From Coxiellaceae bacterium UBA6002 (GTDB lineage: Bacteria; Pseudomonadota; Gammaproteobacteria; UBA6002): 64,000 bases of DNA. This document shows, piece by piece, positions 30,828-42,400 of the stretch (position 1 is the first letter of the stretch; the number at the start of each line of letters is the position of its first letter). The notes beneath the pieces were generated by a model that was not told where the DNA came from, did not search any database, and was given only the letters and a program-made list of their open reading frames with translations. The DNA is taken from NCBI GenBank assembly GCA_002429595.1, contig DJAM01000086.1:4277-68276 (forward strand). Direction: 5' to 3'. The translations under genes were made by a program, and so were the position numbers.

Positions 30828-31409
30828 TTATAACTTAACAGTATATGCTTCTTGCTCAGCTACTGTCTTTTGATCTAATTGCCAATATGGGAAATCAAAA
30901 TCTAATTTGTTTTTGAACAAGTTCACTACCCACGATGCAAAGAATGATTTCTTTTTCGCATTATATTGTTCAATGCTGTCATTTAAAGCTTGCTTAGCAT
31001 AAGCAAGTTTATTTTCAGTGTTTACAATTTCTTCTTGAAGTTGCAGCACGTTTTGATTGGCTTTTAAATCTGGATATTGTTCGAAAACTAAATTTAAGCC
31101 GCTCGCAATTTGAGAAATTTTATTTTCAGCCGCGATTCGTTCTTCTTCATTTCCCTGCGCATGTGCTGCTTGTGCTTGGTTACGTAGAGCTACCACATCT
31201 TTTAACGTAGTCTGCTCATAGTCCATATATTTTTTGACCACATTAATTAAGGATTCAAAAACCTTAAAGCGCCGATCTAATTGGATATCAATTTGCTTTT
31301 GGTTATTTTTTATTGCTTCGATCATCGCAATTAAGCGGTTATATGTGGCAATGGTATAGATAACAAATAAAGCAGCAAGGAATAAAATGATTGCAATAAG
31401 TCGTGACAT
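30828..31409 (-). CDS. lemA: LemA family protein
   Basis: 193 aa, N-terminal TM then YNRLI...QIDIQLDRR LemA signature. Often paired with M48/TPM proteins. Confidence 0.75.
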   Translation of the reverse strand: MSRLIAIILFLAALFVIYTIATYNRLIAMIEAIKNNQKQIDIQLDRRFKVFESLINVVKKYMDYEQTTLKDVVALRNQAQAAHAQGNEEERIAAENKISQIASGLNLVFEQYPDLKANQNVLQLQEEIVNTENKLAYAKQALNDSIEQYNAKKKSFFASWVVNLFKNKLDFDFPYWQLDQKTVAEQEAYTVKL

Positions 31410-31443
31410 TTTTAGTCTCCTGATAAATCCTATCTATATTATA

Positions 31444-32973
31444 CTAGTTTATTTTCATCCTATCCAAATCTCGAAAGCTAAAAGCTTCTTTCAAATGTTG
31501 GCACCCTATTGCAGTTGCCTGTTCTAAATCAGCAATAGTTCGTGCAACTTTAAGTATTTTATGAAAAGATCTTGCAGAAAAATTCATTTTTTTACAGGCT
31601 GTTTCGAAAAAATTTATTTCTTGTTCACTCAAGTGACAATATTGCTCGACCTCTTGACCCGTTAATAATGCGTTAACTTTTCCAGCCCGTTCTGTTTGTT
31701 GTTTGCGAGCCGTAACAACACGTTCTAAAATAGTGCGACTATCAGGGACATTTTCTTGAGATTTTCTGGTTAACACAAACGGATCGATGGTTTGTAAATT
31801 TGTCTGGATATCAATTCGATCTAGCAATGGTCCTGATATCCTAGCCTGATATCGTTTAATACTTTCTGTTGGGCAGATACAATCAACAAATCGATTTCCA
31901 AAGTGCCCACAGGGGCAAGGGTTCATTGCCGCAATCAATTGAAATTTAGCAGGATATTGTACTTGATGGCAGGCGCGTGCAATTGAAATAATTCCTGATT
32001 CTAACGGTTCGCGAAGGACTTCTAGAGCTTGGCGTTTAAATTCAGGTAATTCATCTAAAAAAAGGACACCATGATGTGCCAGCGAAATTTCACCAGGTTT
32101 GGGTGGGTTTCCGCCGCCAATTAAAGCATAACTCGAAGCGCTATGATGTGGCGCCCGAAATGGTCTTACCTTCCAAGTTTGCAACGATAGCGTCATATCC
32201 GAAATCGATTGTATGGCAGCTAATTCGACAGCTTCGTCCTCTGTCATTGGGGGTAATATTCCCGGTAAGCAGTGACTTAATAATGTTTTACCAACCCCAG
32301 GTGGCCCAATTAACAATAAACTGTGTTGACCGGCTGCAGCGATTTCGAGCGCTCTTTTGGCATGGTGTTGACCTTTAACTTCTTTTAAATCTTGATAGTT
32401 TGGTGGATGTACAATTATTTTCGTTGCGCAATAATCCAGTTTGTTTTTTCCGAGCAGATGACCACAGACCTCGAGTAGATTACGAGCAGGTATTAATTGC
32501 ACCTGACTAATAAGTCCTGCCTCTTCAATATTTTCAAGAGGTAGGATAAGTGTTTTATTGGTGTTTTTTGTTCCTAACGCAAAGGGTAAAGCTCCAGATA
32601 TAGGTCGTAATTCACCAGTCAAAGACAGTTCGCCAGCAAATTCGTAACTTACTAATTTATTTTTAGGGAGTTGATTGGATGCCGCTAAAATACCAAGCGC
32701 TATTGCCAAGTCATAACGACCTCCTTGTTTGGGAAGATCCGCCGGTCCTAAATTAACAGTAATGCGCTGATAGGGAAATTCAAAATGTGAATTTAGAATG
32801 GCACTTCTAACACGATCTTTGCTTTCTTTGACTGCAGTTTCAGGCAATCCAACAATATTAAACCGTGGCAGGCCTTTAGAGATATGGGTTTCAACCGTGA
32901 CCACTGGCGTTAAAATGCCGATATTTGCTCTGCTATACGTGATGGCAAGTGCCATGCCTAGACCTCGTTGCAT
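31444..32973 (-). CDS. yifB: YifB/ComM family Mg-chelatase-like AAA+ ATPase
   Basis: 509 aa. N-terminal Lon-protease-like domain, Walker A GPPGVGKT, C-terminal MgChl-C domain. Confidence 0.85.
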   Translation of the reverse strand: MQRGLGMALAITYSRANIGILTPVVTVETHISKGLPRFNIVGLPETAVKESKDRVRSAILNSHFEFPYQRITVNLGPADLPKQGGRYDLAIALGILAASNQLPKNKLVSYEFAGELSLTGELRPISGALPFALGTKNTNKTLILPLENIEEAGLISQVQLIPARNLLEVCGHLLGKNKLDYCATKIIVHPPNYQDLKEVKGQHHAKRALEIAAAGQHSLLLIGPPGVGKTLLSHCLPGILPPMTEDEAVELAAIQSISDMTLSLQTWKVRPFRAPHHSASSYALIGGGNPPKPGEISLAHHGVLFLDELPEFKRQALEVLREPLESGIISIARACHQVQYPAKFQLIAAMNPCPCGHFGNRFVDCICPTESIKRYQARISGPLLDRIDIQTNLQTIDPFVLTRKSQENVPDSRTILERVVTARKQQTERAGKVNALLTGQEVEQYCHLSEQEINFFETACKKMNFSARSFHKILKVARTIADLEQATAIGCQHLKEAFSFRDLDRMKIN

Positions 32974-33037
32974 TTCAAAAAATACAACCTTAAGATATTA
33001 ATTGGCATGCTACAATTCGTAAAAATTACGGTATAAA

Positions 33038-33304
33038 TTAGGTATCATCTTTCTGAATTTGGTTTTGTTGCTGTTCATAGAGTTTTATTTTCTCTTCCAG
33101 AAGCTTAATTTTTTCTCGAGCTCTTTCGAGTAGTCTTGCCTGAACATCAAACTCTTCTCGAGAAACAAGGTCTAATTTAGAGAAAATTGTTTGCAAGGTG
33201 CTACGAATGTTTTTCTCAAATTCTTCGCGCAGCACATGAATATTAGAAGGTATTAGATTCGAAAGTTGTTTGGCTAAGTTATCAAAAAATTTAGGGTCTA
33301 ACAT
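33038..33304 (-). CDS. ubiK: ubiquinone biosynthesis accessory factor UbiK (YqiC/BMFP family)
   Basis: 88 aa coiled-coil protein, MLDPKFFDNLAKQ...SREEFDVQ..LLERAREK pattern. Confidence 0.65.
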   Translation of the reverse strand: MLDPKFFDNLAKQLSNLIPSNIHVLREEFEKNIRSTLQTIFSKLDLVSREEFDVQARLLERAREKIKLLEEKIKLYEQQQNQIQKDDT

Positions 33305-33383
33305 TTTGTTCCCTTATCCAAATTAGTTTATTAAAATAGAATAAAATACCAAGTGCTATTGTACATTTATTACTGGATTAAAC

Positions 33384-33695
33384 ATGAAGCAGATTAAACC
33401 GAATTGGAGTATTGCGCAACAAATTTCCCGGCGCCACACCTTAGTTTCTTTTGGTATCTCCATACCATTTTTTTTAAGTGTAATCTTTCTTACCATTGTC
33501 GCATTGAAAATCAGTGGGGTACCAAACCCGGGACTTGTGTTACGTAATTTTGTTGAGTTGCATAAATCGAGCGTTTATACCACTGTTCTTCTTATTCATT
33601 TTATCCCAATTAATTTTTATGCAATTATTCAAGTCTTCAAAAGTAGCTACCCGAAATTTGACATAAAAATTATTTCTAAAGAACAGGTTACATGA
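33384..33695 (+). CDS. hypothetical small membrane protein
   Basis: 103-aa ORF with two predicted TM helices. No family recognised, so coding status is uncertain. Confidence 0.3.
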   Translation: MKQIKPNWSIAQQISRRHTLVSFGISIPFFLSVIFLTIVALKISGVPNPGLVLRNFVELHKSSVYTTVLLIHFIPINFYAIIQVFKSSYPKFDIKIISKEQVT

Positions 33696-33788
33696 CATTG
33701 GGTTGTAAAATCGTTACACTTTCTGTTTGAACCGATCGTAATCCTGTTGGTGACTCGTGCCCATTCCCCAGAGCTGCTACCAAGATGG

Positions 33789-33851
33789 GTTCCCGCCTTC
33801 GCGGGAATGACACAGCTGCGCGGGAATGGCACAGCTAGACGGGAATGACAG
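33789..33851. repeat. Repeat family B, partial copy, followed by three degenerate tandem units (CGGGAATG[A/G]CACAGCT) upstream of metK
   Basis: GTTCCCGCCTTCGCGGGAATGACA, then CAGCTGCGCGGGAATGGCACAGCTAGACGGGAATGACAGG, read directly. Confidence 0.45.
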
Positions 33852-33878
33852 GAATAACTTCACTAAGTTAGGAAAACC

Positions 33879-35072
33879 ATGAGCAACGAATTTTTATTTA
33901 CGTCGGAATCAGTTTCCGAAGGACATCCCGATAAAATCGCTGATCAGATATCTGATGGTGTTTTGGATGCAATCTTAGAACAGGATAAAAACAGTCGGGT
34001 TGCTTGTGAAACCATGGTTAAAACAGGCATGGTTTTAGTCGCCGGAGAAATTACCACTTCAGCATGGGTTGATATCGAACATTTATCACGGTCGATTATT
34101 AATGATATTGGCTATAACAGTGCTGATCTAGGTTTTGATGGCAATTCTTGTTCAATTTTAACCGCGATTGGCAAACAATCCGCTGATATTGCAAGAGGCG
34201 TTGATCACAGAGAGGACGCGGAATTAGGAGCAGGCGACCAAGGTATTATGTTTGGTTATGCAACTAATGAAACAGACATGTTGATGCCAGCTCCTATCTA
34301 TTATGCACATTTATTAATGGAAAAGCAGGCATCTGTTAGGAAATCCAAGCAGCTGCCATGGCTTAGACCTGATGCCAAAAGTCAGGTAACTTTTCGCTAT
34401 GTGGATGACAAACCTGTTGCTATTGAGGCTGTTGTGCTTTCAACTCAACATTCACCTGATATTGATCAAAAAACGTTAGCGCAAGCTGTGATTGAAGAAG
34501 TTATTAAACCTGTTATTCCTTCGCATTTTTTGACGAAAGACACTCAATATTTTATCAATCCAACAGGTCGGTTTGTCATCGGTGGGCCTCTTGGAGATTG
34601 TGGTTTAACAGGTCGTAAGATCATGGTAGATACTTATGGCGGAATGGCTCACCATGGAGGGGGTTGTTTTTCAGGGAAGGATCCTTCCAAAGTGGATCGT
34701 TCTGCAGCCTATGCATGTCGCTATATTGCTAAGAATATCGTTGCCGCAGGTCTTGCAGATCGTTGCGAAATCCAAATTTCATACGCGATTGGAATTCCAG
34801 ATCCAGTCTCAATCTATGTAAATACTTTCGGTACCGGTAGGATCTTGAATAAAGATATTATTCGCCTGATAAAAGAAAACTTTAATTTAAGGCCTTCTGG
34901 CATAATCACTATGCTTAATCTATTAAGACCTATTTATAAAGCAACCGCTTCTTATGGCCATTTTGGTCGAAAAAATCCTGATTTTACTTGGGAAAAACTA
35001 GATAAAGTTGATCAATTGAAAGAAGCGGCAGCTAACTGTAAACAAATTATAAAGGAATCTGAAAATGTCTAA
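33879..35072 (+). CDS. metK: S-adenosylmethionine synthetase
   Basis: 397 aa, [10 protein letters not shown] and GGGAFSGKD signature blocks. Confidence 0.95.
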   Translation: MSNEFLFTSESVSEGHPDKIADQISDGVLDAILEQDKNSRVACETMVKTGMVLVAGEITTSAWVDIEHLSRSIINDIGYNSADLGFDGNSCSILTAIGKQSADIARGVDHREDAELGAGDQGIMFGYATNETDMLMPAPIYYAHLLMEKQASVRKSKQLPWLRPDAKSQVTFRYVDDKPVAIEAVVLSTQHSPDIDQKTLAQAVIEEVIKPVIPSHFLTKDTQYFINPTGRFVIGGPLGDCGLTGRKIMVDTYGGMAHHGGGCFSGKDPSKVDRSAAYACRYIAKNIVAAGLADRCEIQISYAIGIPDPVSIYVNTFGTGRILNKDIIRLIKENFNLRPSGIITMLNLLRPIYKATASYGHFGRKNPDFTWEKLDKVDQLKEAAANCKQIIKESENV

Positions 35073-36366
35073 TGTTGCTGAAGTGGTACACGATTATAAA
35101 GTTGCCAATATTGATTTAGCAGAGTGGGGCCGCAAAGAAATCGCTATTGCTGAAACAGAAATGCCGGGTCTCATGGCAATTAGAAAAGAATTCGGAAATC
35201 AAAAACCACTTACCGGTGCACGTATTGCTGGTTGTTTACATATGACAATCCAAACAGCAGTGCTAATTGAAACATTATTAATGCTAGGCGCTGAAGTAAG
35301 ATGGTCTTCTTGTAACATTTTTTCAACACAGGATCATGCTGCTGCAGCGATGGCAGCACGAGGCGTACCAGTGTTTGCCTGGAAAGGCGAAACTGAGGAA
35401 GAATATTGGTGGTGCGTAGAGCAAACCATACAAGGCCCAGATGGCTGGACACCCAATCTATTGTTAGATGATGGCGGTGATTTAACCCACATCATTCATG
35501 CTAATCACACTGATTTAGTCGGTAAGATTAAAGGCGTTTCAGAAGAAACCACCACCGGTGTCAGAATCCTTTATGATATGGACCGTAAAAAAACCTTAAA
35601 AATGCCGGCCATTAATGTCAACGACTCAGTAACGAAGTCTAAATTTGACAACTTATATGGCTGTAGAGAATCTCTAGTAGATGGTATTAAGAGAGCGACC
35701 TCCGTTATGATCGCCGGCAAAATTGCAGTTGTTTTAGGATATGGAGAAGTTGGTAAGGGCTGTGCTCAAGCACTAAAAGGTTTAGGAGCCCAAGTCTGGA
35801 TAACCGAGATCGATCCAATTTGTGCTTTACAGGCAGCGATGGAAGGTTATCGCGTTGTTACGATGGATGAAGCTGCAAGCGTTGCAGACATATTTGTGAC
35901 CGCAACAGGTAATGTCCGTGTCATTAACCACGATCATATGTTAGCAATGAAGAACGAAGCAATCGTTTGTAACATCGGTCACTTCGATTCTGAAATAGAT
36001 ATCGCTTCTTTGAAAAATTATCAGTGGGATAACATCAAGCCTCAGGTCGATCATGTCATTTTTCCAAATGGTAAACGACTGATCATCCTGGCAGAAGGCC
36101 GACTTGTAAACTTAGGGTGTGCATCAGGTCATCCAAGTTTTGTGATGTCTACTTCTTTTACGAACCAAGTGCTAGCTCAAATCGAGTTGTGGCAAAATGA
36201 ATACGCTATAGGCGTATATGTTCTACCCAAGCGATTAGATGAAAAAGTCGCCGAACTTCATCTTGGGAAGCTTGGTGCTAAGCTCACCAAGTTAACAGTC
36301 GAGCAGGCTAATTATTTGGGATTGTCAGCGGAAGGACCGTTTAAACCAGATCATTATAGGTATTAA
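35065..36366 (+). CDS. ahcY: adenosylhomocysteinase
   Basis: 433 aa, NAD-binding [10 protein letters not shown] and the SAHH signature blocks. Translationally coupled to metK. Confidence 0.95.
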   Translation: MSNVAEVVHDYKVANIDLAEWGRKEIAIAETEMPGLMAIRKEFGNQKPLTGARIAGCLHMTIQTAVLIETLLMLGAEVRWSSCNIFSTQDHAAAAMAARGVPVFAWKGETEEEYWWCVEQTIQGPDGWTPNLLLDDGGDLTHIIHANHTDLVGKIKGVSEETTTGVRILYDMDRKKTLKMPAINVNDSVTKSKFDNLYGCRESLVDGIKRATSVMIAGKIAVVLGYGEVGKGCAQALKGLGAQVWITEIDPICALQAAMEGYRVVTMDEAASVADIFVTATGNVRVINHDHMLAMKNEAIVCNIGHFDSEIDIASLKNYQWDNIKPQVDHVIFPNGKRLIILAEGRLVNLGCASGHPSFVMSTSFTNQVLAQIELWQNEYAIGVYVLPKRLDEKVAELHLGKLGAKLTKLTVEQANYLGLSAEGPFKPDHYRY

Positions 36367-36372
36367 ACTTAT

Positions 36373-36447
36373 CCTCCCTCTCCCTTTCGTGTGTAGGAGA
36401 GAGAGTAAATGTATGTAATGTCATTCCCGCGCAGGCGGGAATGACAA
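36373..36447. repeat. Two hairpins between ahcY and petA: CTCCCTCTCC..GGAGAGAGAG (family-A-like) and the perfect GTCATTCCCGC-GCAG-GCGGGAATGAC (family B)
   Basis: Read directly. The 11-bp-stem perfect palindrome is at 36420..36445. Confidence 0.5.
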
Positions 36448-36479
36448 GAAAGGATTCAGAAAGAATATTGAGGAATTTC

Positions 36480-37070
36480 ATGGAAGAAGAAGAGATTGAC
36501 GAAAAACGTCGCGCTTTCTTGATCAAAGCCTCTGCTACTGTCGGCGCTGTGGGTGTTATTGCAACTGCAGTACCTTTCGTCGCATCGATGTTGCCAAGTG
36601 AAGATGTCCTGGAAGCAGGTGCCCCAGTAAAAATCAGTATTGGTGAACTTAAGCCTGGTCAGCAATTAACTATCATGTGGCGTAGCAAGCCAATTTGGAT
36701 TATCCGTCGTACTCCCGAAGAAGTTCAAAGTTTAGCACTTGATGAAGGATTGCTAAGAGATCCTAACTCTGATGTCGATCAACAACCACCCTATGCTCGA
36801 AACCGTTATCGTTCAATTAAGCCAGAAATTTTAGTATTGGTTGGGATATGCACCCACTTAGGTTGTATTCCAACATATCGACCGGATCCAAACAGTGTCC
36901 AAAGAGGATGGCCTGGCGGTTTTTATTGCAGTTGCCATGGCTCTAAATTCGATATGGCTGGACGCGTTTTTAAAGGCGTTCCGGCTCCGATCAATTTGGA
37001 AGTCCCTTCTTATTCTTTCATTGATGATAATACCTTGTTAGTCGGCGTTGATTATCCAAAAAAAGCGTAG
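36480..37070 (+). CDS. petA: ubiquinol-cytochrome c reductase iron-sulfur (Rieske) subunit
   Basis: Tat-like N-terminus (RRAFLIKASA) and Rieske boxes CTHLGC / CSCHGS. The start is moved to ATG 36480 (RBS GAGGA); the track start 36441 lies in the repeat. Confidence 0.85.
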   Translation: MEEEEIDEKRRAFLIKASATVGAVGVIATAVPFVASMLPSEDVLEAGAPVKISIGELKPGQQLTIMWRSKPIWIIRRTPEEVQSLALDEGLLRDPNSDVDQQPPYARNRYRSIKPEILVLVGICTHLGCIPTYRPDPNSVQRGWPGGFYCSCHGSKFDMAGRVFKGVPAPINLEVPSYSFIDDNTLLVGVDYPKKA

Positions 37071-37079
37071 GGGCAAAAG

Positions 37080-38342
37080 ATGACTGTGGTAGCTTTAAAA
37101 AACTGGATTAATAAAAGATTTCCCTTGAGAAGTTTTTGGAAAAGTAATTTTACAGAATACTACGCGCCTAAAAATCTCAATTTCTGGTATTACTTCGGTG
37201 CATTTTCTTTGGTGGTATTGCTTAATCAAATCGTCACCGGGATTTGGATGGCAATGCACTATATTCCAACAGGTAACGAGGCTTTTACTTCCATCGAAAA
37301 TACTATGCGCTATGTTAACTATGGTTGGCTGCTTCGCTATCTGCATTCAACCGGCGCATCAGCTTTTTTTGTCGTAATTTATTTACATATCTATCGCTGT
37401 ATTATGTATGGCTCCTATAAAGCCCCACGCGAACTATTATGGCTACTAGGTGTTTCGCTCTATATTTTGCTAATGGCGGAAGCCTATACAGGTTATGTAC
37501 TTCCTTGGGGGCAGATGTCTTTTTGGGCAAGTCGTGTGATCAGCAATATTTTTATGGCGATTCCATTTATTGGAGAGCCTTTTGGTGCTTGGTTTATTGG
37601 AGATTTTTCGGTATCTGCTGTAACGTTACACCGATTTTTTGCATATCATGTTATCGGTATCCCTCTCATTATCATTACTTTTGTCGTCATGCATCTTCTC
37701 GCTTTAAGAAAAGTAGGATCGAATAATCCCGATGGTGTTGAAATAAAAGAAAACTTAGATGCTAATCAAAAACCCAAAGATGGCATTCCGTTTCATCCCT
37801 ATTACACAATAAAAGACTTAGTTGGTGTCATTGTGTTTTTGTTTGTTTTTTGCGTCATCGTTTTCTATTTCCCAACGTTTAATGGACTTTTCTTAGAACC
37901 AGAAAATTTCGTGCCATCAAATCCATTAAAAACACCAGTCCATATCGCACCTGCGTGGTATTTGACCGCATTTTATGCAATTTTAAGAGCAATCCCTAAT
38001 AAATTGATGGGTATTTTTGCTCTAGCCCTTTCCATTGCAATTTTATTTGTCTTGCCGTGGTTAGATCGAAGTCCAGTTAAATCAATTCGCTATAAAGGCA
38101 TACTGTCAAAAATTGCTTTGACAGTTTTTGTCATTAGTTTTATTGGCCTGTCTTATTTAGGGTTACAGCCTGTCAGTGATGTAAACGTTTGGTTGAGTCG
38201 TTTATTCGCTCTTGGCTACTTTGGATTTTTTCTGCTCATGCCATTTTATACGCGCTATGAAAAAACATTGACGCCTCCTGAAAGGTTAACACGAAAACAA
38301 TTCCGCTTATTTGGGTTTGATAAAGATGAGTCAAATAAATAG
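37080..38342 (+). CDS. petB: cytochrome b of the bc1 complex
   Basis: 420 aa, 8+ TM helices, conserved haem-ligand His pattern. Confidence 0.9.
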   Translation: MTVVALKNWINKRFPLRSFWKSNFTEYYAPKNLNFWYYFGAFSLVVLLNQIVTGIWMAMHYIPTGNEAFTSIENTMRYVNYGWLLRYLHSTGASAFFVVIYLHIYRCIMYGSYKAPRELLWLLGVSLYILLMAEAYTGYVLPWGQMSFWASRVISNIFMAIPFIGEPFGAWFIGDFSVSAVTLHRFFAYHVIGIPLIIITFVVMHLLALRKVGSNNPDGVEIKENLDANQKPKDGIPFHPYYTIKDLVGVIVFLFVFCVIVFYFPTFNGLFLEPENFVPSNPLKTPVHIAPAWYLTAFYAILRAIPNKLMGIFALALSIAILFVLPWLDRSPVKSIRYKGILSKIALTVFVISFIGLSYLGLQPVSDVNVWLSRLFALGYFGFFLLMPFYTRYEKTLTPPERLTRKQFRLFGFDKDESNK

Positions 38343-39078
38343 TTTGAGAAATAATCGCTATCAAAAGCTATTCATTTGCCTTGTAGCGATGCTCGTTTGG
38401 TTTTTTGATGGAGTATCGCAAGTAGTCTTCGCAGAAGAAGAGTCCATTGTTTTAGAACAAGCCAAAATTGACACCCATGATCCCGCGAGTATTCAACGAG
38501 GGGCACAGGCCTTTGCGAATTATTGCTTAGTTTGTCACACCTTGGATTTTATGGAGCACGATCCCTTTGCTAAGCGGGCTGGAATCACCCCCAATCGAAT
38601 GCCAGATAAAAACAAAAAATGGTGGTTCGGTGCGGTGCCGCCCAATTTGACACTCATCACTAGGATTCGCAGCGCTGATTGGCTGTATACCTACTTACAT
38701 TCGTTTTATAAAGATGCCTCTCGCCCAATCGGTAGTAATAATCTTCTGCAGCCCAACGTTAACATGCCTGACCCCTTTGTGGCATTGCAAGGGGAACAGC
38801 AGCTAGTTGTTAGAAGTCATGCGCTATATCAAGAAAATCCACTCTTCTCCACAAAAGAGCATTATTACACTATCTTAGAATTAACCCGGCAGGGTAGTCT
38901 GAATCCAGACCAATTTGACCATATGATCAACGACTTAGTGAACTTTTTGGTTTACGCAGGCGAACCAAAGAAATTTACCCGGGAAAACATGGGGATCGGG
39001 GTCCTCATCTTCTTAGCAATCCTTTTTATCCTTCTTTTCTGGCTTAAGAAGTTGTACTGGAAAAAAATCAAACCTTAA
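38311..39078 (+). CDS. petC: cytochrome c1
   Basis: Signal peptide, CLVCH haem-binding site, C-terminal TM anchor. 255 aa. Confidence 0.8.
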   Translation: MGLIKMSQINSLRNNRYQKLFICLVAMLVWFFDGVSQVVFAEEESIVLEQAKIDTHDPASIQRGAQAFANYCLVCHTLDFMEHDPFAKRAGITPNRMPDKNKKWWFGAVPPNLTLITRIRSADWLYTYLHSFYKDASRPIGSNNLLQPNVNMPDPFVALQGEQQLVVRSHALYQENPLFSTKEHYYTILELTRQGSLNPDQFDHMINDLVNFLVYAGEPKKFTRENMGIGVLIFLAILFILLFWLKKLYWKKIKP

Positions 39079-39101
39079 AGCGATGGGTTACTAGGGAGGC
39101 C

Positions 39102-39216
39102 ATGCGGCGTGAAGTAATTCACGCTCGCATTCCTTATAAGAAAGCATTCCGCAAGCGAAATGCTGGGCCAATTCTCCCCCTGGTTACAAGCGAAAAATTA
39201 TTTTTCGCGCCGCATT
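39102..39216. other. Multi-hairpin structured element downstream of petC. Outer stem ATGCGGCG/CGCCGCAT encloses hairpins GCGTGAA-GTAA-TTCACGC, AGCATT..AATGCT and GCGAAAAAT-T-ATTTTTCGC. Terminator or small RNA
   Basis: Nested inverted repeats read directly. No downstream T-run. Confidence 0.3.
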
Positions 39217-39400
39217 AAAACCAGGAAGCTATTACCTTTAAGGTAAATAGCTGGAAAAAAATCAAATAATTTTGCTATTTTCTGGTATTATTGCTTCTTT
39301 GTTTAAGCCAATCAAATCTCTTTTCTGACAGGAGACTGTAAGCTCTTTGCTCTACATTGAGTCATGCTTTGGAAAATTAAATAAAATTAAGAGACAAGAC

Positions 39401-42400
39401 ATGCAATACAAAATTATTAATCCCTCGAGGTTTAGCAATGATGATGCAAAAAAAAATGCATTGTTAGTGTTTTACGCACGTTATTTTAAAATCGATCCTG
39501 CAGAAAAACTTAATTTCTCAAGGGGTTACTGGGAAGCAATTAAAAAGCCTAACTGGGAATCAACTGATAGGCCTAAGAAGAGTCTCTTTTTTACCTTAGA
39601 TACCGTGTTAATGATTTATAACGATGGTCTCATCGAAGAAGACATGGTGACTTTTTTACAGTTACTACAAAAGAACAATTTGCTACGCGCAGCATTTCTA
39701 GAGGTACTACAAAAAGAGGAGTTAGAAAAAGATTGGGAAAGGTTGTCTAGAGATGATTTAACCGAACGCTTTTTTGATGAATCAGAGGTGGTTGCACTGC
39801 AAGATCTACTTGCCGACGAAAGAGACAAAGCTCGCAAGAGTTTTTGTAAGGTTTTTTTTGGAGAAAGTATTGGCCTGTTTCACAAGCACTGCCCGAGCTT
39901 AATAAACGAATTGAATGCTGAAAATTTAAGAAAGTTAATTCTAAGCCATACTGCTGCATTTTCATTACTCAATGATCCTAGCTTGGCGCCAAGAATTGCA
40001 GCAGTTTTGCAAGATGACGACATCGGATTTTTATTTGCTTCGAAGGTAGAAAGTGTACGGCGAAGGCAGTATACCCGTTCGTTATTAACATTTTGTAGAA
40101 CGTATAAAACAAATGTATTTATTGAATTTCTCAAGCTATATCAAAGAAGAATCCCGTCTGAGACATTAAATCAAGAATCTTATGATTATATTGAAGAGAA
40201 CTTACTTTCCTGTGAATTTTATTTTGTAGAGTGGGTTGCTCAAAACTCACGGGTTTTCTTTGCTTATTATACAACACCACAACATTTCACAAGATTGTTA
40301 AGGTTTCCGGAAGATCCTTTAAAATATTTAGCCAATATTCTGAGATCGAATATACCAATTGCTGAAATTCTGATGGATGCTGCCATTGGAGTGGTAGCAA
40401 CATTACTAAGGCTTAAAAAAATTCCGGATCAAACGCTCGTTGATTTTTTGAAGCAATCAATCGTTAAGGACGAAACTTTTGCTTCAACACTAGCAAAACA
40501 AATTCGGTCACATCTATCTGAATTTGATACTAACCTACCATTTGATGCCGGCGATATCGTGGAGATTTTATTAAATCCTGCAATGCGTGCTTTAATAAAA
40601 TTAACGCCAGAAGAGATTAAAGCTTATATACAACAACCGTCGTTACAATCATTACTTGATCGAATAATCTCAGAAGATGATGTTGTCTATACAAGATTAG
40701 AAGCTAATCTAGTAGGAAAAGTTGACTTCCCATTGACGACAGGTCTTCGTGGTATGAAAGGAAGATTGGCTGTTTATTCCAGTGTCGAAGCATTGGAGAA
40801 TAATCTCACAGCTTTTGAAGCCTTTGCTTTGGCTAATAGCAATGAATGGGATACTTTCAAAGATAGATTAATTCAGAGTAAAACGCCTCTACAGACCCTT
40901 AGTCATTTAATTTTTAGGTTACGATTGGAATATGGTACACATTCTAAGTCTAGCTTTAGTGAATTCCTATGTGATCAATTTTTATCTGATAGATATTTTG
41001 AAGAATTCAAGAGAGATAGAAGTAACCTGGAAATTTTGCTCTTCGTCGGCACTGGAGCTCAAATTGTAAATTGCGTAGCAAAAATATTTTCTGCATGTCG
41101 TAGTGCTGCGCAATTATCAGGTGCAGCGAGCCAGGCGAACATGGGTTTAAATGCTTTGCGAAGACATTTGTTAGGAAAATTAGCTCGAGGCTTTACTGAA
41201 TTAAATAAACTTCTTTGCACGGTCAGCGTTACCAATATTTTAGAACTTCTGGAGCTATTTTGCGATAATCAGTTTTTAGAACATTTAAACTGTAAATTCT
41301 TTTTCCAGGCTCTAATGGCAAAATCAGTTGCAGAACGCGTAGAAATTCTAAAGCGAAATGCAACTAGAGGATTAGTTCTTAAGATTTTAACCGAAAGTGC
41401 TTCGCATGGCTTTGATTTTTCATTAATGCGATTGTTGAATGATAGTCAAGATGTCGGTTTTTTATTCAAAGACCTTAGTGATAAAGATATATTGCAATGG
41501 TTAAATTCGGATCCATTTTCCGAAGCTATGATTACATTTATTTTCACACATTCAAGTTTTTCAGTCATTCGTCCTCGTTTAATCACTATTATCCAAAAAA
41601 ATTGGGATGAAATACGAAATCGTAATTTGTTGTATTATGTTTTCTGTAATCTAGCATTGCTATCTAAAGTGGTGGAAAAATTATCATTGGCAAGCTTGGT
41701 AAAATTTCTGATCAGTGACCTTGGTATGAAAACCATGGAATGCTTAGTGCTTCAGAGAATAGAAAGCCAACAAGCTTACTTGCCATTAATTTTTTCTTCG
41801 AACATTGTTGTGTTCGATGGTCTAGCTAAAGAATCAAATACGTTAATAGAGATCATTTGTACAAATGTTGCTTTTGGGCAATTAGTATTTATAGACTGGT
41901 GTCATTGCCCAATGTTCAATTTTACTTTTGAAGAATTGCTTTACAGGCTCCTTTCTAAAGAGTGTTCAGAAGCACTGAATGCATATTTAAAGCTGAACAA
42001 TTTTATTGCCTTGCTGCGATCGGTGGTTGAAAATTTGTCTCCGGAGCTACAAGCAAAGATTAATCAGTACTGCTTAGCGCCACCTCGAGAGTCTTCAAAC
42101 CACAGTAGAATAGTTAGAGAGGGATCAAAGGGGTCTCTTATCCGAAATAAGCTAGTTAGGTCAGATTCTGCCAGCAATCTTGTATTGCAAAGACAACATA
42201 ATAATCTATGCGAGGCTGCTAAAGAGGTTAGTTATATTCACGACAAAATAAGGCGAGGTGATTTTGGGGCGGCTGTTGCAGAGATGAAAAGTGAGATGGA
42301 TCGAGCCGATGGAAAATTAAGTCCTGCAATTTTAGTTGCAAAGTTTTTTCCTGGCATTTTCTTAATTAACAATCATTTTTATGAATTTATATTGCTGACA

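Noticed and set aside
33647-33832. 61-aa minus-strand ORF overlapping the family-B repeat upstream of metK
   Set aside because: Driven by the repeat sequence (…PAKAGTHLGSSSGEW…), with no RBS or homolog pattern.
33789-33851. Possible CRISPR array or SAM riboswitch in the metK leader
   Set aside because: Only three short (~17-bp) irregular tandem units, with no spacer structure. No SAM-I/SAM-II consensus recognised. Better explained as a decayed family-B repeat.
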